This document shows positions 1 through 9,519 of a DNA stretch of 64,000 nt, piece by piece; positions within the stretch are counted from its first letter, which is position 1, and each line of letters starts with the position of its first letter. The position numbers and the translations under genes are program-made. The DNA is taken from contig CAVXXK010000001.1 in the NCBI GenBank assembly GCA_963765675.1, forward strand, positions 1,792,001 through 1,856,000, in the 5' to 3' direction. The notes below the pieces were generated by a model. That model saw nothing but the letters and a program-made list of their open reading frames with translations. It searched no databases and was not told the origin of the DNA. This DNA is from an uncultured delta proteobacterium (GTDB lineage Bacteria; Desulfobacterota; Binatia; Binatales; Binataceae).

Positions 1-66
1 GGGACCGCAAGCGTGGCGGCTTCGAATCAGCCCGCGATCGACTGAATAGATAAGCGCAGCTTTGGG

Positions 67-1227
67 CTAGACGAACTCGGCGAAGATCGAATCGGCGAGC
101 TCCAGCCCGCGGTCGGTGAGCCGAATATTTTCAGCCGTGCACTCCAGCAATCCGCCCTCGAACAGGCGTGCCGCGCGCGCGCCAAAGATGTCGTCGAAGT
201 CGCGGCCGAAGCGCGCGCGGAAATTTGCGAGAGCGAAACCCGCGCGCAAGCGCAGATTCAGGAATACGAATTCGCTCGCGCCGGTGGCCGCGTCGATCGT
301 CTCGGCGCCAGCCTCAGCGTTGCCATCTCTCAGTGCGGCCTCGATATATTTCGCCGGCGCGCGCTCGTTCCACCATCTTCGGCCGTAATCATTTTGTCCG
401 AGCGCGAAACCATGCGCTCCCGCGCCGGCGCCGATGTAGCTCTGCGCGCGCCAGTACGTCAGATTGTGGCGAGCTTCGGCGCCGGACCGCGCGTAGTTCG
501 AAATTTCGTACATAGGATAGCCGCGGTGCGGAATCTCCTCGCGCACGAGCTGGTACATCGCGGCCTGCTCATCGGTATGGAGCGGCGTGATTCGTCCGCG
601 TTTCATGTCGGCGAAAAACGCGGTGCCTTCCTCGAAGGTCAGGTTGTAGGCGGAAATGTGATCGGGCTCGAGCGCCGCAGCCTGCGCGATATCGTCCGCC
701 ACGTCGGCAAGCGTCTGTCCCGGAACCGCAAAAATCAGGTCGAGGTTCAGCCGCGTGAATCCCGCGCGATGAGCTGCGCGCGCGGCGGCGCGGGTCTCGT
801 CAGCGTTATGAATCCGCCCGAGGAATTTGAGCGTCTGGTCCTTGAACGATTGCGCGCCGAAGCTCAGCCGGTTGACGCCCGCCGCGCGTATCCCGGCGAG
901 CTTCGCGCTATCGACGGTGCCGGGATTGGCTTCGAGTGTGATCTCGGCGTCGCGCTCGATTCCGAACAATCGGCTCGTGGCGTCGAGGATCTTGCCGATC
1001 GATTCGGGCGCGAACAGCGAGGGCGTTCCGCCGCCAAAGAAAATCGTGCGCAAGCGGTCGCCGGAAAACGGCGCTTCCGAGGAGCGGCGCTCGATCTCGC
1101 GGATCAGCGCGCGCGTGTAGTCACCCTCAGGCCACGCCGATGCCGCGTAAGAATTGAAATCGCAGTACGGACACTTGGCCTGGCAGTACGGAATATGGAC
1201 GTAGAGCGAAAAGCTCATCGAGGACAT
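67..1227 (-). CDS. hemW: Radical SAM heme chaperone HemW (HemN-like)
   Basis: LYVHIPYC-QAKC-PYC (CxxxCxxC), FFGGGTPS, YEISNY, HNLTYW motifs. Start at 1227 or 1218. Confidence 0.9.
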   Translation of the reverse strand: MSSMSFSLYVHIPYCQAKCPYCDFNSYAASAWPEGDYTRALIREIERRSSEAPFSGDRLRTIFFGGGTPSLFAPESIGKILDATSRLFGIERDAEITLEANPGTVDSAKLAGIRAAGVNRLSFGAQSFKDQTLKFLGRIHNADETRAAARAAHRAGFTRLNLDLIFAVPGQTLADVADDIAQAAALEPDHISAYNLTFEEGTAFFADMKRGRITPLHTDEQAAMYQLVREEIPHRGYPMYEISNYARSGAEARHNLTYWRAQSYIGAGAGAHGFALGQNDYGRRWWNERAPAKYIEAALRDGNAEAGAETIDAATGASEFVFLNLRLRAGFALANFRARFGRDFDDIFGARAARLFEGGLLECTAENIRLTDRGLELADSIFAEFV

Positions 1228-1260
1228 CTTATGGCCTAGCGCGCCGCGTTGCATCCTAAT

Positions 1261-1391
1261 GTGTCATTCCCGCGCGCGTGGCTGCCGCGCGCGAGGAATC
1301 CCGAGCTTGCCGTCGGACTTTGCGCCATGAGTGGGTGGAATGCACGAACGCCCGGGATTCCTCGCGCGGCAGCCACGCGCGGGAATGACAC
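1261..1391. repeat. Inverted pair of GTCATT-type REP-like palindromic units
   Basis: GTGTCATTCCCGCGCGCGTGGCTGCCGCGCGCGAGGAATCCCG ... CGGGATTCCTCGCGCGGCAGCCACGCGCGGGAATGACAC. The same unit recurs near 25.8, 47.9 and 58.8 kb. Confidence 0.9.
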
Positions 1392-1446
1392 CCCGGAGCG
1401 TAAGGCAAAGACACGACCGTCAGCGGTCGCTATACTTCTCGGACTG

Positions 1447-3084
1447 TTGGCTGAGAGCATCAAATCAGAACCGGTTGCAGCGCCACTTGCAGCCCCAGAG
1501 CCGCCGACACATAGCCGCGCCGGGGCGGGGATGGTTGCGTCGGGAATCCTGCTGAGCCGGATCGCGGGACTCGTTCGCTCGACGATCTTCGCGCACTTTC
1601 TTGGCAACTCGGCGGCGGCCGACGCTTTCCAAGCCGGTTTCCGGATTCCGAATTTCCTGCAGAACCTGCTCGGCGAAGGCGTCCTCTCGGCTTCGTTCAT
1701 TCCGGTTTACTCGAAGATGCTCGGCGAGGGCGACGACGAAAACGGCGACCTGCTCGCATGGACCTTCGGCGCGATTCTCGCGCTCGTCACCTCGATCCTG
1801 GTGATCGCGGGAATCGTCTTCGCGCCCTACCTGATCGACGTGATTGCTCCGGGGTTTTCCGGCGACAAGCGCGAGCTGACCGTCACGATCGTGCGCATCC
1901 TGTTCCCCGGCACCGGGATGCTCGTGATGTCGGCGTGGTGCCTGGGCGTGCTCAATAGTCATCACCGGTTTTTTATGTCGTACGCGTCGTCGGTGGTGTG
2001 GAACGCCGCGATAATCGCCGCGCTTGTGTGGTTCGGCCCGCGCCGCACGCAGGACGGCCTCGCGATCGATGTGGCGTGGGGCGCAGTGGTTGGCGCGGCG
2101 CTGCAGGTGGTCGTGCAGCTTCCGCAAACCTTCGAGCTGCTGCGCCGGATTCGAATCGATTTCGCGGCGGTCTCGGAACCGCTGCGCTCCGTGTTTCGCA
2201 ACCTCGGCCCGGTCATCGCGGGGCGCGGCGTCGGCCAGATGAGCGCGTACATCGACACTCTGCTCGCGAGCTTGCTCCCGACCGGCGCCGTCGCGGCGTT
2301 CAACTACGGGCAGATTCTTTACATGTTGCCGATCAGCCTGTTCGGAGTGTCGGTCGCGGCTTCGGAGCTGCCGACGATGGCGCGCGCGACGGGAACCTCG
2401 GAAGAAATTGGCGCGACGTTGCGCGTGCGGCTCAACGCGGGGCTCAGGCAAATCTCATTTCTGGTGGTGCCGTCGGCGGTTGCGTTTATCGCGCTCGGCG
2501 ATGTGATCTGCGCGCTGATTTTCCAGTCGGGCAGCTTTACCCATTCCGACGCGATTTACGTATGGGCTGTAATCGCAGGCTCGGGGATCGGGATGCTCGC
2601 GAACACTACCGCGCGGCTCTATATCAACGCTTTCTATGCGCTGCTCGACGCGCGCACGCCGCTGAAATTTGCGATCGTGCGCGTCTCGCTGACTCTGATG
2701 CTCGGCTACTTCTGCGCGCTGATTCTGCCCGGGATGCTGGGAATCGCGACGCGATGGGGCGTCGCGGGGCTGACCGCGTCGGCCGGAGTTTCAGCCTGGG
2801 TCGAGTTCGTGCTGCTCAGATTGCGGCTTAACAAACGCGTCGGATGGACCGGGCTCGCGCGTGTGTACCTTGCCAAGCTGTGGGGAATCGCGATCGTGGC
2901 CGCGGCGATCGCCTTTGCGCTCAAGATCGAAACCGCTGGGATGGGTCCGCGTCTGCGCGGATTCATCGTGCTGCCCGTCTTCGGCGCGATTTATCTCGGA
3001 ACCGCGTGGGCGATTGGGATGCCCGAGTTCGACTCGATGGTCGGGATGATCCGGCGGCGGTTCACATCCTCTCGCGAGGAATGA
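1447..3084 (+). CDS. murJ: Lipid II flippase MurJ (MviN)
   Basis: LSRIAGLVR, ADAFQAGFRIPNFLQNLLGEG-LSASFIP motif and many TM helices. Start is TTG 1447 or ATG 1531; the longer ORF extension runs through the repeat. Confidence 0.92.
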   Translation: MAESIKSEPVAAPLAAPEPPTHSRAGAGMVASGILLSRIAGLVRSTIFAHFLGNSAAADAFQAGFRIPNFLQNLLGEGVLSASFIPVYSKMLGEGDDENGDLLAWTFGAILALVTSILVIAGIVFAPYLIDVIAPGFSGDKRELTVTIVRILFPGTGMLVMSAWCLGVLNSHHRFFMSYASSVVWNAAIIAALVWFGPRRTQDGLAIDVAWGAVVGAALQVVVQLPQTFELLRRIRIDFAAVSEPLRSVFRNLGPVIAGRGVGQMSAYIDTLLASLLPTGAVAAFNYGQILYMLPISLFGVSVAASELPTMARATGTSEEIGATLRVRLNAGLRQISFLVVPSAVAFIALGDVICALIFQSGSFTHSDAIYVWAVIAGSGIGMLANTTARLYINAFYALLDARTPLKFAIVRVSLTLMLGYFCALILPGMLGIATRWGVAGLTASAGVSAWVEFVLLRLRLNKRVGWTGLARVYLAKLWGIAIVAAAIAFALKIETAGMGPRLRGFIVLPVFGAIYLGTAWAIGMPEFDSMVGMIRRRFTSSREE

Positions 3085-3097
3085 GTTTTCGCGCGGC

Positions 3098-4627
3098 TCA
3101 CTCGGACGTCAACTGTTTGATGGTCGCGCTGGTGCTGCGGCCGGTGAAAACCGGTGACAGCACTACACGTCCGCCGCGCGCCTCGACGAAGGTCTGGCCA
3201 TCGACGATCTTACCGCGCCAATCTTCGCCCTTGACCAATACGTCGGGCTTGACTATGCGGATAATCCGTTCGGCGCGGTTGTCGTCGAAGATCACGACGT
3301 AATCGACGCATTCGAGTGCGGCCAGAATTCGCGCGCGCTCGGCTGCCGGATAGATCGGCCGCGCCGCGCCCTTGAGTGCGCGCACGCTGCGATCGCTGTT
3401 GAGACCGACCACCAGCCGGTCCGCCTGCGCGCGGGCGAAACAGAGCGACTGCACGTGCCCCGCGTGAATCAGATCGAAGCATCCGTTGGTAAACGCGATC
3501 ACGCGGCCCGCGCGGCGCTCGCGCTCGATAACCGCCGGGATTTCCTCGAGCGCGACGATCTTGCGCTCGTACCCCTGATGCGGCGGGCGCAGCGCTTCGG
3601 CCAGATCCTCGCGCGAGATCACCTCGGTGCCGATCCGCGTGACCTCGATACTCGCGGCCAGGTTCGCAATCCGCGCCGCCGACGAATAGCCGAGCCCCGC
3701 GATCGCGAAGAGTCCAAACACGCTCAACACCACGTCGCCCGCGCCGGTCACGTCATAGACGTCGCGCGGCACGGTCGGAATATAGGTGCCCGCGCCGCCG
3801 CGCTCGGCCAGGTACATCCCGTCGCGATCGAGAGTGATAAGGCAGGCGTCGAGGCTGAGCTTGCGCACCAGCATCTCGGCTGCGCGCCGCCACGCGTCGC
3901 GATCGACGAGCTTCAATCCTGTCGCCTGCTCGGTCTCATAACGATTTGGCGTGAGCACGCTCGCGCCGCGATAGAGCGAGAAATCTCCTGACAGCCGCGG
4001 ATCGACGATCACCTTGAGATGATGGCGGCGCGCGCCGTCGATAATTGCGCGCAGCAGCGCGGGCGTAAGCAGGCCCTTGTTGATATCGGAGATCAGCACA
4101 CCGTCGACCCGCGGAAGTTCCGCGCGCAAGCGCGCGAGCAGCTCGCGCTCGCGCGCGCGGGAAAGCGGCGACGGATCTTCTTCGTCGACCCGCAGGAGCT
4201 GCTGCGTCCCGCGGCTCGCGGCCTGCACCGAACCGAGCATCCGCTCCTTGACGATAGTCGGCCGGTCGGGATCAGTGACGAGCGCGCGCGTGCCGATTCC
4301 GAGACCGCTCAGAATGTCGCGCAACAAGGTGCCGTTGCGATCCGCGCCGACCATGCTGAGCGCCGAAGGGACAGCGCCGAGCGCGCACAAATTCGCCATC
4401 ACGAAGCCGGCGTTGCCGGGTTTCTCCTCGCGCCGATGAACCCGCAGGATCGGGATCGGGGCCTCGGGCGAGATGCGCGAGACGTCACCCCAGATATAGC
4501 GATCGAGGATCACCTCGCCCGCGACCATCACGCGCAGCTTCGGCAAGCTCGGCAGCTCGGTCCGCGCGCCCGAAGCGGGAGGGGTCGAGCGACGCGTGGT
4601 TCCGGAACGCGTTTTTCGGGTAGCCAT
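3098..4627 (-). CDS. hldE: Bifunctional heptose-7-phosphate kinase / heptose-1-phosphate adenylyltransferase HldE (RfaE)
   Basis: PfkB domain (RISPEAPIP, DVTGAGD) followed by cytidylyltransferase domain (FTNGCFDLIHAGH, VGLNSDRSV, VKGEDW). Confidence 0.92.
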   Translation of the reverse strand: MATRKTRSGTTRRSTPPASGARTELPSLPKLRVMVAGEVILDRYIWGDVSRISPEAPIPILRVHRREEKPGNAGFVMANLCALGAVPSALSMVGADRNGTLLRDILSGLGIGTRALVTDPDRPTIVKERMLGSVQAASRGTQQLLRVDEEDPSPLSRARERELLARLRAELPRVDGVLISDINKGLLTPALLRAIIDGARRHHLKVIVDPRLSGDFSLYRGASVLTPNRYETEQATGLKLVDRDAWRRAAEMLVRKLSLDACLITLDRDGMYLAERGGAGTYIPTVPRDVYDVTGAGDVVLSVFGLFAIAGLGYSSAARIANLAASIEVTRIGTEVISREDLAEALRPPHQGYERKIVALEEIPAVIERERRAGRVIAFTNGCFDLIHAGHVQSLCFARAQADRLVVGLNSDRSVRALKGAARPIYPAAERARILAALECVDYVVIFDDNRAERIIRIVKPDVLVKGEDWRGKIVDGQTFVEARGGRVVLSPVFTGRSTSATIKQLTSE

Positions 4628-4832
4628 CGTCAGGTGATGATACGGGATTGCGCGCCGCCGGTTAAATCGCACCGCCGCTGGATAACCTTCCGTTTCAGGG
4701 ACCTTATCGATCCGGGCCTTATCGAGCGTAAGAAGACAGAAAAGATTCGGGATTCTTCGCTTGGCGGCGTGACTCAACGTCAGATTGGTGCGATCTTGAA
4801 AGTCTCGCATCCTCGAAGCATGGAGATCAATT

Positions 4833-5840
4833 ATGAAATCCATTCGCGTCGAACAACCCAAGGGTCCGTTCACACTTGTCGAAGAAAAAATCGTCGAACC
4901 TTCTCGCGGACAGGTCCGGATCAGAGTGCAGGCGTGCGGAATCTGTCATAGCGATTCGTTTACAAAAGACGGGCTGTGGCCCGGAGTCAGCTTTCCCCGA
5001 TCGCCGGGACACGAAATTGCCGGAGTGATCGAAGCACTCGGCGATGATGCGGGCGATTGGAAAGTGGGCGATCGAGTAGGCGTCGGATGGCACGGCGGGC
5101 ATTGCGCAAAATGCGATCCATGCCGCCGCGGCGATTTTGTCAATTGCCGCAATTTGAAGATTCCCGGGATCAGTTACGACGGCGGCTACTCCGCTCACGT
5201 CATCGCGCCGATCGAGGCCCTTGCGCATATTCCTGACGGGTTGCGCCCCGAAGAGGCGGCACCACTCATGTGCGCTGGTATCACGACCTTTAATTCGCTC
5301 CGGCATAGCGGCGCGATGCCCGGTGATCTCGTCGCCGTCCAGGGCATCGGCGGACTCGGCCATTTGGGAATCCAGTTTGCAGCCAAGTTTGGTTACGACG
5401 TTATCGCGATCGGACGGGGCGAGGACAAGCAGCCGCTGGCGCTGAAGCTCGGTGCTCGGCGGTACATCGATACCAACCGGCAAGACGTCGCCGCGCAGAT
5501 GTCCAAAGAGGGAGGCGCGGCCGTCATTCTTTCCACAGCCACCGATGCCAAAGCGATCAGCGCGCTGGTGGACAGCCTCGGCGTCGGCGGCAGATTGGTA
5601 ATCGTCGGGGCCACGTTCGAGCCGTTCGCGGTCACCGCGACGCAGCTTCTTATGTCCCACCGATCAATCATCGGATGGCCGTCGGGAACCTCGAGGGACT
5701 CCGAGGATACGCTGAAGTTCGCGGCGGCCACGGGAGTCCGAGCGATGATCGAGACATTTCCGATCGAGCAAGCGGAGCAAGCGTACGACCGCATGATAAC
5801 CGGCAAAGTCCGCTTTCGTGCGGTACTGACGCGCAGGTGA
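4833..5840 (+). CDS. Zinc-dependent alcohol dehydrogenase (MDR family)
   Basis: CGICHSD, PGHE, CxxCxxC..C structural zinc site, GIGGLG Rossmann motif. Confidence 0.92.
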   Translation: MKSIRVEQPKGPFTLVEEKIVEPSRGQVRIRVQACGICHSDSFTKDGLWPGVSFPRSPGHEIAGVIEALGDDAGDWKVGDRVGVGWHGGHCAKCDPCRRGDFVNCRNLKIPGISYDGGYSAHVIAPIEALAHIPDGLRPEEAAPLMCAGITTFNSLRHSGAMPGDLVAVQGIGGLGHLGIQFAAKFGYDVIAIGRGEDKQPLALKLGARRYIDTNRQDVAAQMSKEGGAAVILSTATDAKAISALVDSLGVGGRLVIVGATFEPFAVTATQLLMSHRSIIGWPSGTSRDSEDTLKFAAATGVRAMIETFPIEQAEQAYDRMITGKVRFRAVLTRR

Positions 5841-5855
5841 AGGCGGCGTCTCTGG

Positions 5856-6308
5856 TCCCTCGCCCTGAAAGGGAGAGGTTAGGTGAGGGTCCGATCTGCG
5901 CGTGGGATTGTTTGCCGCGCGCTTTAGATTCTGCCAGGAAGCTTTCTTTATAATCGCGCGGCGCTGCGCACCGCGCTGAATTCTGACCCTCACCTGACCG
6001 TGTGCCAGTGGCACGTCCCTTTCAGGAGAGCTTTTGCATAACCTACCGGAAAAGTGTGCCCGGTGCGGAGGGCGAGATTCCTCGCGATTGCTGCCATTCG
6101 ACGGGACTCCGCACCTCACCATCTGCATCGCTTGTACGCGCTCGGAATGACACAAAACCAGCGAACGCTGTCATTCCGAGCGCGCATCTAGTGCCAGCTC
6201 TGCGGATTGCAGATCGTCTCGCGCTGCGCGCATCGCGAGGAATCTCGCCAGCCGCATGAGCAGCCCAATGGAATCGGTTACGCAAAGCTCTCCTTTCAGG
6301 GCGAGGGA
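5856..6308. repeat. Palindromic repeat pair of the CCCTCACC..CCCTCTCCC/GGGAGAGG type, with the right arm interrupted
   Basis: Left arm 5856-5891 TCCCTCGCCCTGAAAGGGAGAGGTTAGGTGAGGGTC. Its reverse complement is split into GACCCTCACCTGACC (5985-5999) and CCTTTCAGGGCGAGGGA (6292-6308). Confidence 0.8.
6027..6291. mobile_element. Non-autonomous MITE-like element with terminal inverted repeats and a 9-bp target-site duplication
   Basis: Left end AGAGCTTTTGCATAACC (6027-6043), right end GGTTACGCAAAGCTCT (6276-6291). Flanked by the direct repeat CCTTTCAGG at 6018-6026 and 6292-6300. Contains an internal GTCATT-type inverted pair (6073-6247). Confidence 0.72.
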
Positions 6309-6336
6309 TCAGACAACGGGACGAGGTGCGGAGATG

Positions 6337-7104
6337 TCACCGGATCGCAAAGCCGCCGTCTGCGTATACTATTGCTCCCGTTACGAAGTCCGAGGCGTGC
6401 GAGGCGAGGTAGATCGCCGTGCCCGCCATCTCTTCGGGTTCGCCGAAGCGTCCAGCCGGCGTGCGCGTCAGAATCTCCTGAAAGAATGGCCCCGACTGCG
6501 CGGGTACGGTCATGTCGGTTTTGATCCATCCGGGAACGATCGCGTTGACCTGGATATTGCGCGGCGCAAATTCTATCGCCATCGTCTTGGTCATCTGCAC
6601 CAGCCCGCCTTTGGCCGCCGCGTAGGAAACCACGCCGCCGCCGCCGAAGCGCGCGTACTCGCTCGCGATATTGATAATCTTTCCGCCGCCGCCGCGCGAC
6701 CCCATCGAGCGCGCCGCGATCTGCGACAGGAAAAAGCATGAGTGAAGATTGGTCTCGAGCACTCGATCCCAGTCCTCGGCCGAATGCTTGAGCGAGCTGC
6801 GCTGAATCGAGATACCGGCATTGTTGACCAAAATATCGACCGGACCGAGCGCGCGTTCCGCTTCTGCCATCGCCGGCGCCAGTGCGGCGCGCTCGGTCAC
6901 GTCGAGCTTGATCGCGGCCGCGCGGACGCCGAGCTTCTCTAGTGCCTCGACGGTCGCACGATTTTTCTCTTCGTTGCGCGCGAGGACCGCGATCGCGGCG
7001 CCGGCCTCCGCCAGTCCCATCGCAATTCCGCGCCCGATACCGCCGTTGCCTCCAGTGACGACGGCCACGCGGCCCTCGAGATCGAACATTTTTGGCGCCG
7101 CCAT
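6337..7104 (-). CDS. Short-chain dehydrogenase/reductase (KduD/IdnO-like)
   Basis: VTGGNGGIG, NNAG, YAAAK catalytic motif. Confidence 0.9.
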   Translation of the reverse strand: MAAPKMFDLEGRVAVVTGGNGGIGRGIAMGLAEAGAAIAVLARNEEKNRATVEALEKLGVRAAAIKLDVTERAALAPAMAEAERALGPVDILVNNAGISIQRSSLKHSAEDWDRVLETNLHSCFFLSQIAARSMGSRGGGGKIINIASEYARFGGGGVVSYAAAKGGLVQMTKTMAIEFAPRNIQVNAIVPGWIKTDMTVPAQSGPFFQEILTRTPAGRFGEPEEMAGTAIYLASHASDFVTGAIVYADGGFAIR

Positions 7105-7139
7105 TTTCTTCCGATGCCTCCCCGTCTCTCTCGCAAATC

Positions 7140-7916
7140 TCAGGCAATAAAAAATCCGCCGTCAACGATCAGATCCGCCCCGGTGACGAAACTCGAAGCC
7201 GGCGAGACCAGGAACAGCGCCGCGCTTACCATCTCGTCGGGGTCGGCGAAACGGCCGGCAGGAGTGCGCTCGATCATCTGCTTTTTTGCCGCCGCGTATT
7301 TCGGATCATTGCGAATCCAGTCGGTCATGTCGGTCGTGGTCCATCCCGGCGCGAGCGAATTGGCCTGGATATTGTGCGGCGCCAATTCGATCGCAAGGCA
7401 TCGCGTAAGCTGCAGCATCCCGCCCTTGCTCACGCCGTACGACGGATAGATCGGAGTGCCCTTGAACCCGCCGATACTCGCGACATTCAGGATCTTTCCC
7501 GCGCGCCGCGGGATCATGGAGCGCGCCACGATCTGCGAGAGCATAAACGCCGCGGTCAGATTGGTTTCGAGCACCGAGTCCCAATCTTCTTCGCTATGCT
7601 GCATCAGCGGCTTCAGAATGGCGAAGCCGGCATTGTTGACGAGAATGTCGATTGGGCCGAGTTCGCGCTCGACTTGATCGACGGCCGCCTTGAGCTTTGC
7701 GCGTTTGGAAACGTCGAGCCCGATAGCGATCGCCTTCGGACCGATCGCCTTAAGCTCCGCCAGCGTGGCGCGGTTGCGTTCCTGGTTGCGCGCCATGATC
7801 GCGACCGACGCGCCAGCGCGCGCAAGTCCGAGCGCGATCGCGCGTCCGATCCCGGCGTTCCCGCCGGTCACGATCGCTATCTTGCCGGTCAGATCAAACA
7901 GCGGATTTGCATTCAT
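7140..7916 (-). CDS. Short-chain dehydrogenase/reductase (KduD/IdnO-like), paralog of its neighbour
   Basis: VTGGNAGIG, NNAG, YGVSK. Start at MNANPLFDL. Confidence 0.9.
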   Translation of the reverse strand: MNANPLFDLTGKIAIVTGGNAGIGRAIALGLARAGASVAIMARNQERNRATLAELKAIGPKAIAIGLDVSKRAKLKAAVDQVERELGPIDILVNNAGFAILKPLMQHSEEDWDSVLETNLTAAFMLSQIVARSMIPRRAGKILNVASIGGFKGTPIYPSYGVSKGGMLQLTRCLAIELAPHNIQANSLAPGWTTTDMTDWIRNDPKYAAAKKQMIERTPAGRFADPDEMVSAALFLVSPASSFVTGADLIVDGGFFIA

Positions 7917-8071
7917 CGTCTGCTCCCTCGAGTTCGCTCGCGCGTGCATCTTTTCGCGATAGACATGCGGCACAGGCGGCTTCTATATTGACGATTCACC
8001 TGCGCCGATGTCGAGCCGATATGCAATATCAGTTGTGCGCGCGCGGCGACTACTCGAGAGGATTAACCACG

Positions 8072-9502
8072 ATGGGATTACGGACGGCTGAACAGTACAA
8101 GGCTTCCCTGCGCGACGGACGCGCGGTCTATTTTCGCGGCGAGAAGGTGCCCGACGTCACCGCGCATCCGGTGATCGGGATCGCGGTCGAGCACGCGGCG
8201 CTCGACTACAAGATGGCCGAGGACGCGAAGTATCGCGAGTTGGCGGTGATCAAGGAAGGCGGCGACGAGTACAGCCGCTATTACCATGTTCCTAAGAACG
8301 GCGACGATCTGCTGAAGCGCAGTAACCTGATTGCCGCATCGACGCGTGAGGGCGCGACCCTGGTCGTGCTGATCAAGGAGATCGGCACCGACGCGCTGCT
8401 CGCCCTGCAAATCCTCGGCGCAAAAATGGCGGCCGCAGGACATCCGGAATATCGCGAGCGGATCCAGAAGTTTTATCGGCATTGCCGCGACAACGATCTC
8501 GCGGTTGCGGTCGCGCAGACCGACACCAAGGGCGACCGCTCGCTGCCGCCGACGCAGCAGGAGCATCCTGACTATTATGTCCGCGTCGTCGAAGAGCGGC
8601 CCGACGGAATCGTGGTGCGCGGCGCGAAGGTTCACACCTCGGTCTCGACCAACACCAACGAGGTCATCGTTTTGCCGACCCGTGCGATGCGCGCGGAGGA
8701 CAAGGCGTACGCGGTCGCGTTCGGGGTGCCGATGAACACGCCGGGACTCAAGATGATCGCGAGTCCGCACGGCGGCTCGAAGAAGAACGCGTTTGAGCAT
8801 CCGATCAGCGCGCGGCACAAGATGATGGAAACGCTGACCGTGTTCGACGACGTGTTCGTGCCCAAGGAGCGCGTGTTCTTAAACGGCGAGATTGATTTCG
8901 CGGGGCTGCTCGCCCTGACCTTCGTGCGCTTTCATCGCTTCACCGCGGTGTCGTACAAGCTGCCGCTGCTCGAGCTGATGGCGGGCGCCGGTTTCGCGAT
9001 CGCCGAGGCCAACGGAATCTCGCGCGCGGGGCACGTGCGCGACAAGCTGACCCATCTCGCGGCCTATCACACGACGGTTCGTGGATTGATCGAGCACGCC
9101 GCCCGCACCTGCACTATCGAAGAGGGCATCGCGGTACCGAACACGCTTTTGACCAACGTCGCCAAGTATCACTTCGCGCACAACTATCATCAGGCGGTGC
9201 AGATCGTGCAGGACCTGGCCGGCGGACTGCTCGTGACCGCGCCCGCCGAGGAAGATCTGAAGAGCGAAGCCACGCGCGAGTACGTATTGAAATATATGGG
9301 TGGCGCAAAAGGTTTCGACGCGGAGAAGCGGCTCAGGCTTCTCAACCTGATAAGCGACCTGACCTCGTCGGATTTCGGCGGCTACCAGGAAGTGCTGGCG
9401 GTCCACGCCGAGGGCGGCTTCGAGGCGGAGAAGCTCCAAGCCTACCGCGAGTACGATTTCAAGACCGTAGCCGCCTACGCGCGCAAACTCGCGGGAGTGT
9501 GA
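8072..9502 (+). CDS. HpaB / 4-hydroxybutyryl-CoA dehydratase (AbfD) family flavoprotein
   Basis: Y..SLRDGR.VY..GE.V.DVT.HP, TD.KGDRS, GIVVRGAK.H, FDDVFVP.ERVF motifs. GAGG Shine-Dalgarno upstream. Confidence 0.85.
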   Translation: MGLRTAEQYKASLRDGRAVYFRGEKVPDVTAHPVIGIAVEHAALDYKMAEDAKYRELAVIKEGGDEYSRYYHVPKNGDDLLKRSNLIAASTREGATLVVLIKEIGTDALLALQILGAKMAAAGHPEYRERIQKFYRHCRDNDLAVAVAQTDTKGDRSLPPTQQEHPDYYVRVVEERPDGIVVRGAKVHTSVSTNTNEVIVLPTRAMRAEDKAYAVAFGVPMNTPGLKMIASPHGGSKKNAFEHPISARHKMMETLTVFDDVFVPKERVFLNGEIDFAGLLALTFVRFHRFTAVSYKLPLLELMAGAGFAIAEANGISRAGHVRDKLTHLAAYHTTVRGLIEHAARTCTIEEGIAVPNTLLTNVAKYHFAHNYHQAVQIVQDLAGGLLVTAPAEEDLKSEATREYVLKYMGGAKGFDAEKRLRLLNLISDLTSSDFGGYQEVLAVHAEGGFEAEKLQAYREYDFKTVAAYARKLAGV

Positions 9503-9519
9503 GCCGGCGGTCGTGCGGG

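Noticed and set aside
6009-6024. TGGCAC as a sigma-54 promoter
   Set aside because: There is no GC at the -12 position and it lies within the repeat.
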